Below, piece by piece: positions 54,125-64,000 of a stretch of 64,000 bases of DNA (position 1 is its first letter; each line of letters starts with the position of its first letter). Location: assembly GCA_045647885.1 (NCBI GenBank), contig JAZRMX010000026.1, forward strand, positions 54,487 to 118,486. Direction: 5' to 3'. The notes under the pieces were generated by a model, which saw nothing but the letters and a program-made list of their open reading frames with translations, had not been told where the DNA came from and searched no databases. The DNA comes from Bacteroidaceae bacterium. Lineage in GTDB: Bacteria > Bacteroidota > Bacteroidia > Bacteroidales > Bacteroidaceae. Made by a program: the position numbers and the translations under genes.

Positions 54125-55879
54125 ATGGCAACAAAAGGAAAAGTAACCGGTGTGATATCGAATATGGTGCTCTTGGCTGTTGATGGTCCTGTGGCACAGA
54201 ATGAGATATGCTTTATAAAGACCGGTGGCGACCGCTTGATGGCCGAGGTTATCAAGATTAATGGCGCAAAAGTGTACGTTCAGGTGTTCGAAAGCACACG
54301 ACGTTTGAAAATTGGTGAGGAGGCGGAGTTTACCGGGCATATGCTCGAGGTTTCTCTTGCTCCCGGTATGCTGTCGAAGAACTACGACGGTTTGCAGAAC
54401 GACCTTGACAAAATGGAGGGTGTCTTCCTGAAACGCGGAGATTATACAAACCCCCTCGACGAGGATAAATTGTGGCATTTCGAGCCCCTCGTAAAAGTTG
54501 GTGACAGCGTGAAAGCTGCAGCTTGGTTGGGTAGTGTGGAAGAGAACCACCAGCCCTTGAAGATTATGGCACCTTTTGCACTCGAGGGAACCTGGACGGT
54601 GAAAAGTATTGCAGCAGCCGGTGAGTACAAGGTGACTGACGAGATTGCTGTTATTGTAAACGAGGCTGGCGAGGAGAAAAAACTGAATATGATTCAGAAG
54701 TGGCCGGTTCGTTTGGCTATGACCGACTACAAGGAGAAACCCCGTCCCTTCAAATTGCTCGAGACCGGTGTACGTACAATCGATACTCTTAACCCCATTG
54801 TAGAGGGTGGTACCGGCTTTATTCCCGGCCCCTTCGGTACCGGAAAAACCGTGCTTCAGCACGCTATTTCAAAACAGGCCGAGGCTGATATCGTTATCAT
54901 CGCAGCCTGTGGTGAGCGTGCCAACGAGGTCGTGGAGATTTTTACCGAGTTCCCCGAACTTGTAGACCCCCACACTGGTCGCAAGCTTATGGAGCGTACC
55001 ATCATTATCGCCAATACCTCTAATATGCCCGTTGCGGCTCGTGAGGCTTCGGTGTACACAGCCATGACCATCGCCGAGTATTATCGTGCAATGGGCTTGC
55101 GCGTTCTTCTTATGGCCGACTCAACCTCTCGTTGGGCACAGGCACTTCGTGAGATGTCGAACCGTATGGAGGAGCTCCCTGGTCCCGATGCCTTCCCTAT
55201 GGATATATCGGCAATTATTGCCAACTTCTACAGCCGTGCAGGTTATGTAATCCTCAATAACGACAAGGTGGGCTCAATTACCTTCATCGGTACAGTATCA
55301 CCTGCCGGAGGTAACCTTAAAGAGCCTGTAACCGAGAATACAAAGAAAGTTGCGCGCTGTTTCTATGCTCTTGAGCAGGACCGTGCCGACAAGAAACGTT
55401 ATCCCGCTGTAAACCCCATCGACTCATACTCAAAATATCTCGAATATCCCGAATTCGGTGAGTATATCACAAAACGCATCGGTGGCAACTGGCTCGAGAT
55501 GGTCAATGAGGCAAAAACACGCCTGTTGCGTGGAAAAGAGATTGCCGAGCAGATTAACATTCTTGGTGACGACGGTGTACCCGTAGAGTACCACGTTACA
55601 TTCTGGAAGTCGGAGCTTATCGACTTTGTAGTTCTCCAGCAGGATGCGTTCGACGAAATCGATGCCGTTACACCCTTGGAGCGTCAGCAGGCTATGCTTG
55701 AGATTGTTTCGGATATCTGCCGTTCGGAGTTTGACTTCGAGAACTTCCAGGAGGTTACCGATTTCTTCAAGAAAGTTATCAACATCTGCAAACAGATGAA
55801 CTACTCGGAATATAAGTCGGAGAAATACAGCAACTACCTCGCATCACTCGAGGAATTGCTCGAAACCCGTAAGGCCTAA
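54125..55879 (+). CDS. ntpA: V-type ATPase catalytic subunit A
   Basis: Walker A 'GPFGTGKTV' and 'LLMADSTSRWAQALRE'; 584 aa. Confidence 0.92.
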   Translation: MATKGKVTGVISNMVLLAVDGPVAQNEICFIKTGGDRLMAEVIKINGAKVYVQVFESTRRLKIGEEAEFTGHMLEVSLAPGMLSKNYDGLQNDLDKMEGVFLKRGDYTNPLDEDKLWHFEPLVKVGDSVKAAAWLGSVEENHQPLKIMAPFALEGTWTVKSIAAAGEYKVTDEIAVIVNEAGEEKKLNMIQKWPVRLAMTDYKEKPRPFKLLETGVRTIDTLNPIVEGGTGFIPGPFGTGKTVLQHAISKQAEADIVIIAACGERANEVVEIFTEFPELVDPHTGRKLMERTIIIANTSNMPVAAREASVYTAMTIAEYYRAMGLRVLLMADSTSRWAQALREMSNRMEELPGPDAFPMDISAIIANFYSRAGYVILNNDKVGSITFIGTVSPAGGNLKEPVTENTKKVARCFYALEQDRADKKRYPAVNPIDSYSKYLEYPEFGEYITKRIGGNWLEMVNEAKTRLLRGKEIAEQINILGDDGVPVEYHVTFWKSELIDFVVLQQDAFDEIDAVTPLERQQAMLEIVSDICRSEFDFENFQEVTDFFKKVINICKQMNYSEYKSEKYSNYLASLEELLETRKA

Positions 55880-55898
55880 CCAATAAAAAAGTAAGATT

Positions 55899-57218
55899 AT
55901 GGCAACAGAAGCATTTCAGAAAATATATACAAAAATCAGCGCCATTACCAAAGCAACTTGCTCGCTTAAGGCTACAGGTGTAGGATATGACGAGCTCGCT
56001 ACGGTAAACGGTAAATTGGCCCAGGTCGTAAAGATTATGGGCGACGAGGTTACCCTGCAGGTGTTTGAGGGTACAGGTGGTATTCCCACGAATGCCGAGG
56101 TGGTATTTATGGGAAAAGCTCCTTCGCTTAAAGTGAGCGAACAGCTTACAGGTCGTTTCTTCAACGCATACGGCGACCCCATCGATGGTGGTCCTGTTAT
56201 TGAGGGACAAGAGGTTGAGATTGGTGGTCCTTCGGTGAACCCCGTGCGTCGTAAACAGCCCTCGGAGCTCATTGCGACAGGTATCGCCGGTATCGATTTG
56301 AACAACACCCTCGTGACCGGTCAGAAGATTCCCTTCTTCGCCGACCCCGACCAGCCCTATAACCAGGTAATGGCAAACGTGGCTATGCGTGCCGAGACCG
56401 ACAAGATTATTCTTGGTGGTATGGGTATGACAAACGACGACTACCTCTACTTCAAGAACCTCTTCTCTAACGCAGGTGCGCTCGACCGCATCATCTGCTT
56501 TATGAACACCACAGAGGACCCCGCCGTTGAGCGTCTCCTCATCCCCGATATGGCACTTACCGCTGCCGAATACTTCGCTGTGGAGAAAAACCAGAAGGTG
56601 CTCGTGCTCTTGACCGATATGACAATGTATGCCGATGCGCTTTCAATCGTGTCGAACCGTATGGACCAGATTCCTTCAAAGGACTCTATGCCCGGTTCAC
56701 TCTATAGCGACCTTGCAAAAATCTACGAGAAAGCGGTTCAGTTCCCCGCAGGTGGTTCAATCACAATTATTGCGGTGACAACACTTTCGGGTGGTGATAT
56801 TACTCACGCCGTGCCCGATAACACCGGTTACATTACCGAGGGTCAGCTCTTCTTGCGTCGCGATAGCGATATCGGTAAGGTGGTAGTCGATCCCTTCCGT
56901 TCACTCTCACGTCTAAAACAGCTCGTGGCTGGTAAAAAGACAAGAAAAGACCACCCCCAGGTAATGAACGCCGCCGTACGTTTGTATGCCGATGCAGCAA
57001 ATGCAAAAACAAAGTTGGAGAACGGTTTCGACCTTACCGACTACGACAAACGTACTCTTGCTTTCGCAAAAGACTATTCGGATAAATTGCTTGCAATTGA
57101 CGTGAACCTTAACACAACCGAGATGCTCGATGTTACTTGGGGCTTGTTTGCCGAGTACTTCAAGCCCGAGGAGGTGAACATACGTCAGGAGTTGGTAGAT
57201 ACATATTGGAAGAAATAA
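55899..57218 (+). CDS. ntpB: V-type ATPase subunit B
   Basis: 'LLTDMTMYADALSIVS' and 'PGSLYSDLAKIYE'; 439 aa. Confidence 0.9.
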   Translation: MATEAFQKIYTKISAITKATCSLKATGVGYDELATVNGKLAQVVKIMGDEVTLQVFEGTGGIPTNAEVVFMGKAPSLKVSEQLTGRFFNAYGDPIDGGPVIEGQEVEIGGPSVNPVRRKQPSELIATGIAGIDLNNTLVTGQKIPFFADPDQPYNQVMANVAMRAETDKIILGGMGMTNDDYLYFKNLFSNAGALDRIICFMNTTEDPAVERLLIPDMALTAAEYFAVEKNQKVLVLLTDMTMYADALSIVSNRMDQIPSKDSMPGSLYSDLAKIYEKAVQFPAGGSITIIAVTTLSGGDITHAVPDNTGYITEGQLFLRRDSDIGKVVVDPFRSLSRLKQLVAGKKTRKDHPQVMNAAVRLYADAANAKTKLENGFDLTDYDKRTLAFAKDYSDKLLAIDVNLNTTEMLDVTWGLFAEYFKPEEVNIRQELVDTYWKK

Positions 57219-57235
57219 TTGAATGAGATAACGAA

Positions 57236-57834
57236 ATGATTGCATTTCAATATAATAAAACATCGCTTCAGAATCTCGAAAAACAGCTGAAGATGCGTGT
57301 TCGCACACTACCTATTATTAAAAATAAGGAGAGTGCGTTGCGTGTCGAGGTAAAGAGGTGTAAGGCCGAGATGGTGCAGCACGACGAGGAGTATGCAAGA
57401 CAACTCGAGCAGTACCGTGCCCTCTTTGCTCTGTGGAACGAGTTCGATGCATCGTTGGTGAAGACAGGAACCCTCTCTATTGAGCAACAGAAAGTTGCCG
57501 GAGTTAAAGTTCCTGTACTCAAACACGCCGACTTTGTAGTCGCTCCTTTCAGCCTCTTCAACTCTCCCAAATGGTTCGCCGACGGAATCGAGTTGCTGAA
57601 GATGATGGCAATGACGGCCATTCGCCGCGAATTGCTGAATCGTAAATTGGTGCTGCTGGAGACTGCGCGTAAGAAGACCACCCAAAAGGTGAATCTCTTT
57701 GAGAAGGTGCAGATACCCGGTTACCAGGATGCGATAAGAAAGATTAAAAGATTTATGGAAGACGAGGAGAACTTATCGAAATCTTCACAGAAGATTCTTA
57801 AGTCTCTTCTGGAACAAAGAGAGGAGGCCGAGGC

Positions 57835-57838
<4 letters not shown>
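57236..57838 (+). CDS. ntpD: V-type ATPase subunit D
   Basis: 200-aa helical protein. 'TLPIIKNKESALR' resembles the subunit D N-terminus. Operon position supports the call. Confidence 0.8.
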
Positions 57839-60125
<2,287 letters not shown>

Positions 60126-60145
60126 AAGATTACGCAGAATTATAA

Positions 60146-60182
60146 AAAGCAGCTGTTATGCACCGCATAACAGCTGCTTTTG
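60146..60182 (+). terminator. intrinsic terminator of the V-ATPase operon
   Basis: AAAGCAGCTGTTATG-cacc-GCATAACAGCTGCTTT followed by T. Confidence 0.8.
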
Positions 60183-60247
60183 TATTATTTATTATTGTTT
60201 TAGTTGAGTATAAGTGCTTAATTATTTTGTTATTCAAATAAAAATAT

Positions 60248-60255
60248 TACTTTTG
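60248..60255 (+). promoter_or_regulatory. -7 box TActTTTG upstream of the glycogen synthase gene
   Basis: TACTTTTG matches TAnnTTTG and lies about 105 nt before ATG 60361. Confidence 0.4.
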
Positions 60256-60360
60256 CACGAAAATAGAGAGAAAGGTCCTCTTTCTCCCTATTTCTTATTT
60301 TATTATAATAAGGTATTTCAGTTGTGATATACCTTTGTTTTTTTGATTTTTATTTTTGAT

Positions 60361-62025
60361 ATGAAAAAAGAACTTATGCTTCCCGAGTATCTTTTCGAGA
60401 TAAGTTGGGAGGTCTGCAATAAAGTCGGCGGTATTTACACCGTTGTATCTACAAAAGCACGTACTCTCTCAATGGTAGAAGGGCTGAATGCAATTTATAT
60501 AGGTCCCGACTTGTGGAAAGAGAAAGAGAACCCATTGTTCACTGAGGATAAACGTCTGTGGAGTGCTTGGCGCAAATCTTTGGCCGATGAGAAACTTACT
60601 GTGAGATGTGGTTATTGGGAAATCCCCGGCCGTCCTAAAGTGATTTTGGTCGATTATACCGGCTATATGGAAGACAAGGATGCCATTTATGGTGAGTTGT
60701 GGAACGATTATGGCGTGGATTCTTTGCACGGCTATGGCGATTACGACGATTCTATGATTTTCGGTTACGCGGTAGGACGCGTAATAGAGAGCTTCTATAG
60801 AAAGAATGTAAAGAAAGGCAACGTTGTTGTTCAGGCACACGAGTGGCAGAGTGGTGGCGCCGCACTTTATGTGAAGAAACATCTTCCCGAGGCGGGCACC
60901 ATCTTTACAACCCACGCAACAAGCATCGGCCGTTCAATCGCATCTAATGGAAAACCTCTTTACGACTATTTCGAGAGTTATAACGGCGACCAGATGGCCG
61001 AAGAACTCAACGTACAGTCAAAGCACTCTGTGGAGCGTGTGAGCGCAGCAAATGTAGACTGTTTCACCACCGTGAGCGAAATTACAGCCCGTGAGTGCAA
61101 GCAACTTATAGAGCGTCCCATCGATGTAATCCTGGAGAATGGCTTTGAGAAGGATTTCGTGCCCACAGGCAAAAACTTTACAGCAAAACGCGAGGCTGCA
61201 CGTGCAGCACGCCTGCGTGTAGCATCGGCTCTTACAGGCGACAAAATATCAGACGATGCTCTTATAATCGGCATCGGTGGTCGTATGGAGATGCGTAACA
61301 AGGGTATAGATATGTTCATTGAGGCAATGTCGCGCCTTAACGCCAGCGAAGAGCTCGATCGCGACGTAGTAGCCTTCATCGATGTACCCGCATGGTCGGG
61401 CGAAGCACGCGAAGACTTGTACCACCGCCTTAAATCGGGCGATACAGAGTGGCATTCACCTCTGCCTAACCCTTACCTCACACACAACCTCAACAACTTC
61501 TACGAGGATGCCATTGCCTGCAGCATACGCAACTATTTCCTCGATAACCGCAGCGGAAAGAACCGCGTAAAGGTTATATACGTTCCCTGCTACCTTAAAG
61601 GCAACGACGGAATATTCGATATGGATTATTACGACGTGCTCATTGGTAACGACCTCAACGTATATCCTTCATATTACGAGCCCTGGGGCTATACACCGCT
61701 CGAGAGCGCAGCTTTCAATATCCCCACCATTACAACCGACCTTGCAGGATTCGGTCTTTGGGTGAATTCAGTGCTTGGTCGCGACGGTAAACTTGCCGAC
61801 GGAGTGGAGGTTATCACCAGAAACGACAGCAACTATTTCGATGCAGCCGAGGAAATTACAAAAACAATTCGTATCTTTGCAAAACTTTCTGAAAAGGAGG
61901 TTGCCGACTCTCGCAAGAAGGCTGCAAAAATGGCAGAAAAGGCTCTGTGGAAGCACTTTATAAAGAACTATATGACTGCTTACGATTTTGCAATGCAGGC
62001 AGCCGCTAAAAGAATAAACAAGTAA
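60361..62025 (+). CDS. glycogen synthase, GT3 (eukaryote-like) family
   Basis: 'LFEISWEVCNKVGGIYTVVSTKA' N-terminus and 'YYEPWGYTPLESAA'. The start is set at ATG 60361. Confidence 0.85.
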   Translation: MKKELMLPEYLFEISWEVCNKVGGIYTVVSTKARTLSMVEGLNAIYIGPDLWKEKENPLFTEDKRLWSAWRKSLADEKLTVRCGYWEIPGRPKVILVDYTGYMEDKDAIYGELWNDYGVDSLHGYGDYDDSMIFGYAVGRVIESFYRKNVKKGNVVVQAHEWQSGGAALYVKKHLPEAGTIFTTHATSIGRSIASNGKPLYDYFESYNGDQMAEELNVQSKHSVERVSAANVDCFTTVSEITARECKQLIERPIDVILENGFEKDFVPTGKNFTAKREAARAARLRVASALTGDKISDDALIIGIGGRMEMRNKGIDMFIEAMSRLNASEELDRDVVAFIDVPAWSGEAREDLYHRLKSGDTEWHSPLPNPYLTHNLNNFYEDAIACSIRNYFLDNRSGKNRVKVIYVPCYLKGNDGIFDMDYYDVLIGNDLNVYPSYYEPWGYTPLESAAFNIPTITTDLAGFGLWVNSVLGRDGKLADGVEVITRNDSNYFDAAEEITKTIRIFAKLSEKEVADSRKKAAKMAEKALWKHFIKNYMTAYDFAMQAAAKRINK

Positions 62026-62046
62026 TAAACATTTAATTAAATAAAT

Positions 62047-64000
62047 ATGATAGCTATTAGTAACACAAACCAACCCGGTTGGAAAACTGTTAATGTAAAG
62101 TCTTATATCCCCGAGACTTTGAAACCCCTCGAGGAGATTGCCCGCAACTTGTGGTGGGTATGGAACGAGGAGGCGCGTGAGCTCTTTACTATGCTCGATG
62201 CAAAACTTTATGATGAGTGCGCAGGTAACCCCGTACTTCTTCTTGAGAAATTGGGCGTTGAGAAACTCGATGAACTTTCAAAAGACAAGGCAATCCTTGA
62301 CAAGTTGGCAAAAGTATATGCCAATTTCCGTAAATATATGGATGTTAAGCCCGACGCAAACCGTCCCTCAGTAGCATACTTCTGTATGGAGTACGGTTTG
62401 ACAAGCGTTCTTAAGATCTACTCTGGTGGTCTTGGTATCTTGGCCGGTGACTACTTGAAAGAGGCTTCAGACTCTAACGTAGATATGTGCGCAGTAGGTT
62501 TCCTCTATCGTTATGGCTACTTCACACAGTCTTTGTCAATGGACGGTGCACAGATTGCCAACTACGAGGCACAGAACTTCAACCAGCTTCCCCTTGAGCG
62601 CGTTTACGAGGCCGACGGCGTAACTCCTATGGTTATCGACGTTCCTTACATCGACTACTACGTAAAAGCAAACGTATGGAAAGTAAACGTAGGTCGCGTA
62701 GCTCTCTACCTCTTGGATACAGACTTCGAGGCTAATAGCGAGTACGACCGTCCTATCACACACAAACTTTATGGTGGTGACTGGGAAAACCGCTTGAAAC
62801 AGGAGATTCTTCTCGGTATCGGTGGTATGATTGCTCTCGAGAAACTTGGTATCAAGAAAGATATCTATCACTGCAACGAGGGTCACGCAGCACTCTGCAA
62901 CCTCTACCGTTTGTCACAGTACATAAAGAGCGGTTACACATACGAGGAGGCATTGGAGATTGTTCGCGCAAGCAGCCTATACACCGTTCACACACCCGTA
63001 CCCGCAGGTCACGACTACTTCGACGAGGGTCTCTTCGGCAAATATATGCGTGGTTACGCAAGCCAGCTCAACATCACTTGGGACGACTTGATGAACCTCG
63101 GTCGCGAGAACGCAGGTGACAAGAACGAGCGTTTCTGTATGTCAATCTTCGCTTGCAACACTTGCCAGGAAATCAACGGTGTAAGCCGTCTCCACGGTGC
63201 CGTTTCAAAATCAATGTTCTCTGGTATCTGGAAGGGCTATTATCCCTCAGAGAACCACGTAGGTTATGTAACCAATGGTGTTCACTATCCTACATGGGTA
63301 GCTCCCGAGTGGGACGAGCTCTACAAGAAGAACTTCGATCCTTCATTCATCGGTGACCAGTCTAACGAGTCAATCTGGCACGCAATCGACAAGGTTTCTA
63401 ACGATGTTATATGGAAGACACGCGTAACACGCAAGAAGAAACTTATCGACTACATCCGTCAGGCATTCAAAGAGGATTGGTTGAAGAACCAGGGCGACCC
63501 CATGCGTATCGTTGATGTTGTAAACAAAATCAACCCCGACGCTCTCGTTATCGGTTTTGCTCGTCGTTTCGCTACTTACAAGCGTGCACACCTTCTCTTT
63601 ACCGACCTCGACCGTTTGGCTAAATTGCTCAACAACCCCGAGCGTCCCATCCAGTTCCTCTTCGCAGGTAAGGCTCACCCCCACGATGGTGCAGGTCAGG
63701 GCTTGATCAAGCGTATCATCGAAGTTTCTCGTCGTCCCGAGTTTATCGGTAAGATCATCTTCCTCGAGAACTACGATATGGATTTGGCTAAGTTGCTCGT
63801 TTCAGGTGTTGATATCTGGATGAACACTCCCACACGTCCTCTCGAGGCATCAGGTACATCAGGTGAGAAAGCACTTATGAACGGTGTTCTCAACTTCTCA
63901 GTACTCGATGGTTGGTGGTGCGAGGGTTACAAACCCGGTGCAGGTTGGGCTTTGAAAGAGGAGCGTACATACCAGAACCAGGAGTTCCAGGATCAGCTCG
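62047..64000 (+). CDS. glgP: alpha-glucan phosphorylase (GT35), 3'-truncated by window edge
   Basis: Not in the ORF track because it runs off the end. Hand translation gives '[14 protein letters not shown]...[33 protein letters not shown]'. The frame stays open to 64000. Confidence 0.85.
   Translation, partial: MIAISNTNQPGWKTVNVKSYIPETLKPLEEIARNLWWVWNEEARELFTMLDAKLYDECAGNPVLLLEKLGVEKLDELSKDKAILDKLAKVYANFRKYMDVKPDANRPSVAYFCMEYGLTSVLKIYSGGLGILAGDYLKEASDSNVDMCAVGFLYRYGYFTQSLSMDGAQIANYEAQNFNQLPLERVYEADGVTPMVIDVPYIDYYVKANVWKVNVGRVALYLLDTDFEANSEYDRPITHKLYGGDWENRLKQEILLGIGGMIALEKLGIKKDIYHCNEGHAALCNLYRLSQYIKSGYTYEEALEIVRASSLYTVHTPVPAGHDYFDEGLFGKYMRGYASQLNITWDDLMNLGRENAGDKNERFCMSIFACNTCQEINGVSRLHGAVSKSMFSGIWKGYYPSENHVGYVTNGVHYPTWVAPEWDELYKKNFDPSFIGDQSNESIWHAIDKVSNDVIWKTRVTRKKKLIDYIRQAFKEDWLKNQGDPMRIVDVVNKINPDALVIGFARRFATYKRAHLLFTDLDRLAKLLNNPERPIQFLFAGKAHPHDGAGQGLIKRIIEVSRRPEFIGKIIFLENYDMDLAKLLVSGVDIWMNTPTRPLEASGTSGEKALMNGVLNFSVLDGWWCEGYKPGAGWALKEERTYQNQEFQDQL

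Noticed and set aside
54056-54862. 268-aa ORF antisense to V-ATPase subunit A
   Set aside because: Same reasoning. The plus-strand frame carries the Walker A motif and the full A-subunit architecture.

Overview
This 64-kb segment looks like an anaerobic Bacteroidales (Bacteroidota) chromosome. That is an inference from gene content and TAnnTTTG-type -7 boxes. No rRNA, tRNA or CRISPR array was found by eye.

The housekeeping backbone includes:
- a 5'-truncated RelA/SpoT gene, plus aroE, purC and phoH
- a complete [FeFe]-hydrogenase gene with the divergent maturase operon hydE-hydG-hydF
- an OmpH-like gene, pepD, rlmH, nadC, a LytS/LytTR two-component pair, guaD and ybaN
- glgB, a 7-gene V-type ATPase operon (E, DUF2764, A, B, D, I, K), a GT3 glycogen synthase and a 3'-truncated alpha-glucan phosphorylase

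Two regions stand out.

(1) 33.6-47.1 kb is a compact phage-derived block. It holds a large terminase, a scaffold-like gene, an HK97-type capsid-like gene, small head-accessory ORFs, a holin-like gene, a spanin-like gene, one 963-aa ORF and a divergent LexA/CI-type S24 repressor. I could not recognise an integrase, replication genes, a tail module, an endolysin or att repeats. All long ORFs are intact. I rate this the best candidate for an undescribed particle-producing system, either GTA-like (domesticated) or satellite-like.

(2) 3.0-14.2 kb is a same-strand cluster of uncharacterised envelope or nucleoid-type genes. It is built around a previously unnamed ~45-aa module present in 10 copies across 5 genes. 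The module is fused once to a TM plus OmpA-like domain and once to a histone-H1-like tail. The cluster includes a 392-bp direct duplication whose five coding differences are all synonymous; the sixth difference lies in a hairpin loop. The duplication brackets an AT-rich 308-aa cargo gene.

All functional calls come from motif recognition by eye. No database search was run.
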